Source of the DNA: Thermoleophilia bacterium | GTDB taxonomy: Bacteria; Actinomycetota; Thermoleophilia; RBG-16-64-13 | Assembly: GCA_040770645.1 (NCBI GenBank) | Contig: JAXGIS010000002.1 | Span: 20,962-84,961, forward strand | Direction: 5' to 3' | DNA: 64,000 bases | Shown here: one piece after another, positions 59,460-64,000 of the stretch | How positions within the stretch are numbered: the stretch's first letter is position 1 | Layout of the letters: every line of letters begins with the position of its first letter | Notes under the pieces: generated by a model | Databases searched by the model: none | What the model was told of the DNA's origin: nothing | What the model saw: the letters and a program-made list of their open reading frames with translations, nothing else | Made by a program: the position numbers and the translations under genes

Positions 59460-60687
59460 CTAACCGAGCGCGGCCCGCTTCTCCTTGATGCCCCGGGCGA
59501 TGTGATCCAGGATGATCTCGGCCACCGTCCCTTGTGGGGCGCGCTGCACCCGAGTTTCCGAGGCCGGGGTGAGGATGACCACCTCATTGTAGTCGGAGCC
59601 GAACCCGATATCGCGCCGGCAAGTCGTTGAAGACGATCATGTCCAAACGCTTGCGTTCCATCTTGCCCCGAGCCCGCACCAGGCTCCGGCCATACCCGCG
59701 GCAAAGCCCACCATGTACTGATCGGCCCGCTTGGTTTTGGAGCACTCCAGGAGGATGTCGGTGGTGGGATGCAGGCAGACGTTGATGTCGTCTAGGTTCT
59801 TCCCGATCTTCCCGTCGGTGGGATTCTCCGCTCAGCTTGTAGTCGGCCACCGCCGCGGCCATGATGAGAATATCGTGGTCCGGCAGGCGCGAGACGACCT
59901 CCTGGTACATCTCCTCGGCGGTGGGAGCCGAGACCTCGCGCACCCCGGGCGCCCTGGGCAGGTCTACGTTGGCCTTCACCAGATCGACGGAGGCCCCGCG
60001 CGAATAGGCGGCCCTGGCCAACGCGTAGCCCATCTTGCCCGAGCTGCTATTACCGATGTAGCGCACGGCGTCGATGGGTTCACGCGTGCCCCCGGCCGTA
60101 ATGAGCACCCTCAACCCCCGCAGATCTGTTTTGCGGTCCACCTGCAGCCGCAGCTTGACTTCGGCCAGAATGCTGTCGGGATCTGCCATGCGTCCGGAGC
60201 CGTAAACACCGCACGCCAACTCCCCCACGCCCGGCTCCACCACGTGAACGCCGTCCTCGCGCAGGATGTCCATGGTGCGCTGCATGGCGCGGTGGTGCCA
60301 CATATTGGTGTTCATGGCCGGAGCCACCACCACGGTTCCGTTGAAGGCCATGTAGGTGGTGGTGAGCAGATTGTCGGCGATGCCGTGAGCCATCTTGCCC
60401 AGCGTGTTGGCGGTGGCCGGGGCAATGACCATGATATCCGCCAAGTTGCCTTCCTCGATGTGCGTGATGGCGGAGTCGTGCCGCAAACCGTGCTGATCGT
60501 CGAGGCGCACGGGACTGCCGGAGAGCGTCTCGAAAGTCAGAGGCGCCACGAACTCCGTGGCCGTGCGCGTCATGATCACCCGCACATCCATGCCGGAGCG
60601 CTGGAACCCCCGCATCAGCTCCACCGCCTTATAGACGGCGATTCCGCCGGTGACTCCCAGCAGGACGGTGGCTTGCTTCGATATCAC
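59460..60687 (-). pseudogene. coaBC: bifunctional phosphopantothenoylcysteine decarboxylase / synthetase, three frame changes in the C-terminal quarter
   Basis: GVTGGIAVYKA, PAMNTNMW and ITAGGTREPIDAVRYIGNSSSGKMG are intact in ORF 59584..60687. NPTDGKIGKNLDDINVCLHPTTDILLECSKTKRADQYMVGFAA is in a second frame. The end DIGFGSDYNEVVILTPASE...IKEKRAALG is in a third frame, with stop TAG at 59460-59462. The shifts fall near 59825, 59695 and 59620. Confidence 0.85.
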
Positions 60688-60723
60688 GGGCGGGCCAAAT
60701 CTGAGACGCTTGGCAACATCTGG

Positions 60724-60984
60724 CTAACGGATGCGGTAGGTGACTTCTCCCCTGGCTATCTCTTCCATGGCGACGCTGAGATAGTTGCGGGTGCCCCCGG
60801 GCAACAGCGGGACCGAGATGTCGTCGAAACCGCCCCCCTCGCCCAGTTGACGATAATACGAGTTGATATGACGAGCACGTTTGGCTGCAACCATCACCGC
60901 CGTGAAACGGTTGGGCTCTTCTTCACCCTCGGGCAGCGACGCCCGTAGACCCGCCAGGATCTCATCGATAGTGGGTTTGTTCAT
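60724..60984 (-). CDS. rpoZ: DNA-directed RNA polymerase subunit omega
   Basis: 86 aa. NRFTAVMVAAKRARHINSYY. Confidence 0.9.
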   Translation of the reverse strand: MNKPTIDEILAGLRASLPEGEEEPNRFTAVMVAAKRARHINSYYRQLGEGGGFDDISVPLLPGGTRNYLSVAMEEIARGEVTYRIR

Positions 60985-60991
60985 CGACTTA

Positions 60992-61591
60992 TCACCTTGC
61001 TACGTCGGTAATACGCAGTTCTTCGATCACGGCGCGCAGCTCTTCTGCGGCCTGCTCCACATCATCGTTCACTATAGCATAAGCAAAATACGGCCCAACC
61101 GCCCCCCGGTCGCGATGCAACGCATCGAGTTCCTCGGCCGCGTGGGCCAAACGGCGGGCGATGTCTTCCTCGGTCTCAGTATTGCGGGCCCGCAGGCGTC
61201 CCTCCAACACCTCCATGCTGGGAGGAGCGATGAAGATGCCCACGGCATCGGGGCAGTGCTGCATGACCTGCCGCGCACCCACCAATTCGATCTCGAGCAG
61301 GACATCATTTCCTGCTCCCAAGGCCGCCGCCACGAAGTCCGCCGGCGTACCGTACAAGTTCTCGCCATACTCGGCCCACTCCAAGAACAAGCCCGCTTCC
61401 ACCCGCCGCAGAAACTCCTCACGAGCAAGGAAGTGATACTCCACGCCCTCGCGTTCCCCGGCGCGGCGCCGGCGTGTGGTGGCCGACACCGAGAGCATGA
61501 GGTTGCTGAAGAGGGGAAGCACTCGTCTGATCAGCGTGCCCTTCCCGGCGCCCGAAGGCCCGGAGATGACGATCAGCCTGGCGATCTGCAC
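60992..61591 (-). CDS. gmk: guanylate kinase
   Basis: ISGPSGAGKGTL, with SATTRRRRAGEREGVEYHF. Confidence 0.95.
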   Translation of the reverse strand: MQIARLIVISGPSGAGKGTLIRRVLPLFSNLMLSVSATTRRRRAGEREGVEYHFLAREEFLRRVEAGLFLEWAEYGENLYGTPADFVAAALGAGNDVLLEIELVGARQVMQHCPDAVGIFIAPPSMEVLEGRLRARNTETEEDIARRLAHAAEELDALHRDRGAVGPYFAYAIVNDDVEQAAEELRAVIEELRITDVAR

Positions 61592-61600
61592 CCTCCCCGG

Positions 61601-61945
61601 CTACGCCTGCAGATGATTCAGGAGTTCAGTCCTCTGACGGGGCGTAAGACCTATGACGGTCTTGGATGCGCTAACCCGACACGCCTCCAGAATGCGGCCC
61701 GCCCTCACAGGGCCCACCTGTGGCAGCGCCATGAGCAGTTCGAGGACTTTGGCGGAGTGAACGTACTCCGGAGGCGCCAGAAGGATGTCCTCGAGACGTT
61801 CCTCCCCCCTCTTGAGACGATCCTTCAGCTGAGAGCGCAACGTGCGCACAGCGTTGGCGCGTGCCAGCGCCTCGAGTCTCTGCTGTTGGGTGCGCGCAGG
61901 TGTCTGTGCCGGCGTCACCGGTGACTTCTGGTCCATGCCGGCCAT
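61601..61945 (-). CDS. mihF: actinobacterial-type integration host factor (MihF family)
   Basis: RLEALARANAVRTLRSQLKDRLKRGE...VLELLMALPQVGPVRAGRILE. It occupies the conserved mihF-gmk-rpoZ position. Confidence 0.85.
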   Translation of the reverse strand: MAGMDQKSPVTPAQTPARTQQQRLEALARANAVRTLRSQLKDRLKRGEERLEDILLAPPEYVHSAKVLELLMALPQVGPVRAGRILEACRVSASKTVIGLTPRQRTELLNHLQA

Positions 61946-62934
61946 TATAGCCGAACCTGCTGCCGATGCGCGATCCCCACCAACTCAGCGAGCGTCAACC
62001 GACGCCGTCGCAACTCCTCCCCCAATTCCAGGGCCAATCGCCCCGGCAACCACGGATCCACAAAACCCGCTGCGCCCACGGCCACCACGCCGGCGCCGCA
62101 GGCCATGAAGTCCAACACATCCTCCACCGTGGCCACTCCTCCCATGCCTATCACCGGAATCTGGACGACTGCAGCCACTTCGAAGACACAGCGCAGGGCC
62201 AAGGGTTTGATGGCAGGTCCCGATAGGCCCCCAGTCACACCGCCCAGATACGGCCGCAGAGTCTCCCGGTCGAGCACCATACCTTTGAACGTATTGACGA
62301 GGGAGACGGCTGATGCACCTGCCTCTTGGGCTGCAAGAGCCACAGCCGCGATGTCCGTCACGTTGGGGGTCAGTTTGACGGCGAGCAGTAGCGGCTCCGG
62401 CCAAACCCGGCGCACGGCCTCAGTCACGGCGGCCGTCTCTCCGGCGTCGGTCCCGATGGACATGCAACCGGAGTGAACATTCGGGCAAGATATGTTGATC
62501 TCCAGCCCCACCCTGGCCGCCCACGTGCGCTCCGCCTGCCCCAGCAGTGCACGCAGGGCAGTGACGAGGCGCTCGGCCACCAGTACGTACTCCTCGAGCG
62601 AGAAACCCGCGATATTGATGACGAGGGGGCAGGTCAACTCCAACAGTCGCGGGAGCGTGTCGGTCACAAACGCGGCGATGCCCTCATTCGGGAGCCCAAT
62701 TGAGTTGAGCATACCCGCAGCACACTCGGCTATGCGTGGAGGCGGATTGCCGTGGCGGGGTTCGAGCGTGACCGTCTTGGGGACGTAGGCCGCCACCGGC
62801 GGAGCTGATCGGATCCCATCTCCCAAGGCATCCGCGGCCGACAGGAGGTCAAGCGTGCCCGAAGCGTTGATAAGCGGATGCTCGAGTGGGAGCGGGCCCA
62901 GATTCACCCGCAGCGAGGGGGATGGTTGGCTCAC
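61945..62934 (-). CDS. pyrD: dihydroorotate dehydrogenase, class 1B catalytic subunit
   Basis: LEHPLINASGT, NISCPNV and IGMGGV. GTG 62934 forms a GTGA overlap with the pyrK stop. The track ORF to 63132 is read-through. Confidence 0.92.
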   Translation of the reverse strand: MSQPSPSLRVNLGPLPLEHPLINASGTLDLLSAADALGDGIRSAPPVAAYVPKTVTLEPRHGNPPPRIAECAAGMLNSIGLPNEGIAAFVTDTLPRLLELTCPLVINIAGFSLEEYVLVAERLVTALRALLGQAERTWAARVGLEINISCPNVHSGCMSIGTDAGETAAVTEAVRRVWPEPLLLAVKLTPNVTDIAAVALAAQEAGASAVSLVNTFKGMVLDRETLRPYLGGVTGGLSGPAIKPLALRCVFEVAAVVQIPVIGMGGVATVEDVLDFMACGAGVVAVGAAGFVDPWLPGRLALELGEELRRRRLTLAELVGIAHRQQVRL

Positions 62935-63873
62935 GCTTCCACCTCCTCCCGTCCGAAGACGAGGTCGCCCGTGAATACGGGCCCCTCCCTGCAAACACGC
63001 ACGGGTACGCCGTCCACCGGGGTAATGACGCATCCGTGGCACGAGCCTACCCCGCAGGCCATGACCGCCTCCAGGCTGAACCACGCCCTCTGCACCCCCC
63101 GTCGGCGGCACAACTGCCAAACCGCCCGGCACATGGCAGTAGGCCCGCAGGCCACCACCACGTCCTCAGGGCCCAACTCGGCCCGCACCGCGTCAGTCAC
63201 CAAGCCGGCACGGCCGCGAGAACCGTCCTCGGTGGTCACTTCCAGACGCGTATCCACGCCTTCTCTCTGCAACAGATCCAGTCCCGCCTCCAACACTCCC
63301 ACCGCCGCCGCCTCGCGCGACGAGCGAAAACCGGCCACCAGTAGGATGCCCCCCTGGAGCCACTCCCTATCGTTCCGGCGACGTTGAACCCGCGCCGCCT
63401 GCAACATACCCGCGACCTCGCGAAGCAGCAGGGGCATGGGCGCGACACCTACGCCTCCGGCCAGCACCACCAATCGGCCCGGCCGACGCGTCCCGGCGGC
63501 CGCCGCCGGACAGGCGGCGGCGCGCCGCGGGGCGGCGGCGGGCGCCAAGGCGCCCGCCGCCGCAAAACCCCCGCCCAGGGGACCCAACACCCACACCTGG
63601 TGGCCGGGTTGCAGCCCACACAGCTCCCGACTTCCCTGCCCCACAGGATCCACCAAAAGTGCACCACGGACGTCTCGTCACTCACGCTGTACGGGCGAGG
63701 GAGGAAACACGTGGATCTCGTGGCCTCAGCATCACGAACTGGCCTGACTGCGCTCCCGGCCAACCCTCCACTCCCAGTGTCAGGGACTGATACGTTCCCA
63801 CAAGTCGGTTCTCCACTACCTCGCCCCGTAACCGCCCTCCAACGGCGGCAGGCTCGTGTCGGGGCTCACGCAT
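62931..63873 (-). pseudogene. pyrK: dihydroorotate dehydrogenase electron transfer subunit PyrK, two frameshifts within about 60 nt
   Basis: The N-terminus is in ORF 63682..63873 (GQFVMLRP). FLPRPYSVSDETSVVHF is in ORF 63449..63763. The rest is in ORF 62931..63656 (VDPVGQGSRELC...2Fe-2S CGVGSCHGCV). One shift is at the A4 run 63655-63658 and the other near 63707-63720. Confidence 0.88.
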
Positions 63874-64000
63874 CCGCTTGCGCCTCCCTCCCTTGCCGTG
63901 AGCGCCTCGCCCGAGAATGCATCTGTTTGTGCAGGTCCTGCAGGCAGGTAACGCTAATGGAATCCTGGGGCACCGACACCATGGCCTGCACCGCCGCCAG
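63866..64000 (-). CDS. carB: carbamoyl-phosphate synthase large subunit, extreme C-terminus (5' part beyond window end)
   Basis: My own translation gives ..LAAVQAMVSVPQDSISVTCLQDLHKQMH.., which resembles the CarB MGS-domain end (..ISVQEMHAQI.. in E. coli). The position upstream of pyrK-pyrD also fits. The stop TGA at 63866-63868 overlaps the pyrK start. Only 44 codons are visible. Confidence 0.55.
   Translation of the reverse strand: MAAVQAMVSVPQDSISVTCLQDLHKQMHSRARRSRQGREAQADA

Noticed and set aside
1-64000. Programmed ribosomal frameshifting, transcriptional slippage or stop-codon recoding as an explanation for the interrupted genes
   Set aside because: The breaks occur in about 18 unrelated genes at roughly 50 sites and in both directions. 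No shared slippery heptamer or downstream structure is present. Some are paired indels that garble conserved motifs in between. Stop codons of all three types terminate the intact genes normally.
1-64000. CRISPR arrays, tRNA or rRNA genes, insertion sequences, prophage or toxin-antitoxin/defence modules
   Set aside because: I scanned all intergenic spaces longer than 60 nt and all unassigned ORFs. There are no repeat-spacer periodicity, no tRNA-like T-loop or acceptor patterns, no transposase or integrase other than chromosomal xerC, and no small paired ORFs. The window is saturated by housekeeping genes.

Overview
This is a high-GC (roughly two-thirds G+C by eye) bacterial core-genome segment. 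I recognise 63 protein genes. 62 lie on the minus strand and are tightly packed, with many ATGA/GTGA start-stop overlaps. The only plus-strand gene is an RpoD/SigA-type sigma factor at 58.3-59.4 kb.

Gene order on the minus strand, read from the high-coordinate end: carB-pyrK-pyrD-mihF-gmk-rpoZ-coaBC | plsX-acpP-rnc-smc-ftsY-ffh-rpsP-KH-rimM-trmD-rplS-lepB-rnhB-yraN-comM-dprA-xerC-whiG-rpsB-tsf-pyrH-frr-uppS-cdsA-dxr-rseP-ispG-proS-rimP-nusA-ylxR-infB-DUF503-rbfA-nrnA-truB-ribF-rpsO-pnp-M16 peptidase-dapB-rnj-ftsK-selU-rodZ-like-rimO-pgsA-thpR-recA-recX-rny-miaB-miaA-dapF-dapL. This is classic Gram-positive housekeeping synteny. It has actinobacterial hallmarks (mihF-gmk-rpoZ-coaBC, whiG beside rpsB, xerC-dprA-comM-yraN-rnhB) combined with RNase Y. 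From that I infer a deep-branching Actinomycetota-like organism, but I cannot name a taxon.

I found no rRNA or tRNA genes, CRISPR arrays, transposases, phage genes or defence genes, and no convincing novel system.

The main anomaly is that 18 of the 63 genes are interrupted by frameshifts (plus one in-frame TAA), occurring in clusters. Several are normally indispensable: infB, smc, ftsK, acpP, plsX, the sigma factor, coaBC and uppS. Every fragment still encodes well-conserved motif-bearing protein, and several breaks sit in homopolymer runs. I read this as uncorrected indel error in the assembly rather than biology, and only read-level data can settle it.

Secondary observations:
- a promoter-plus-terminator leader in front of rimP-nusA-infB
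- a few unusually long non-coding spacers
- two genes with no canonical start codon
- low-complexity insertions in MiaA, RimM and IF-2
- a Cys-rich NusA tail
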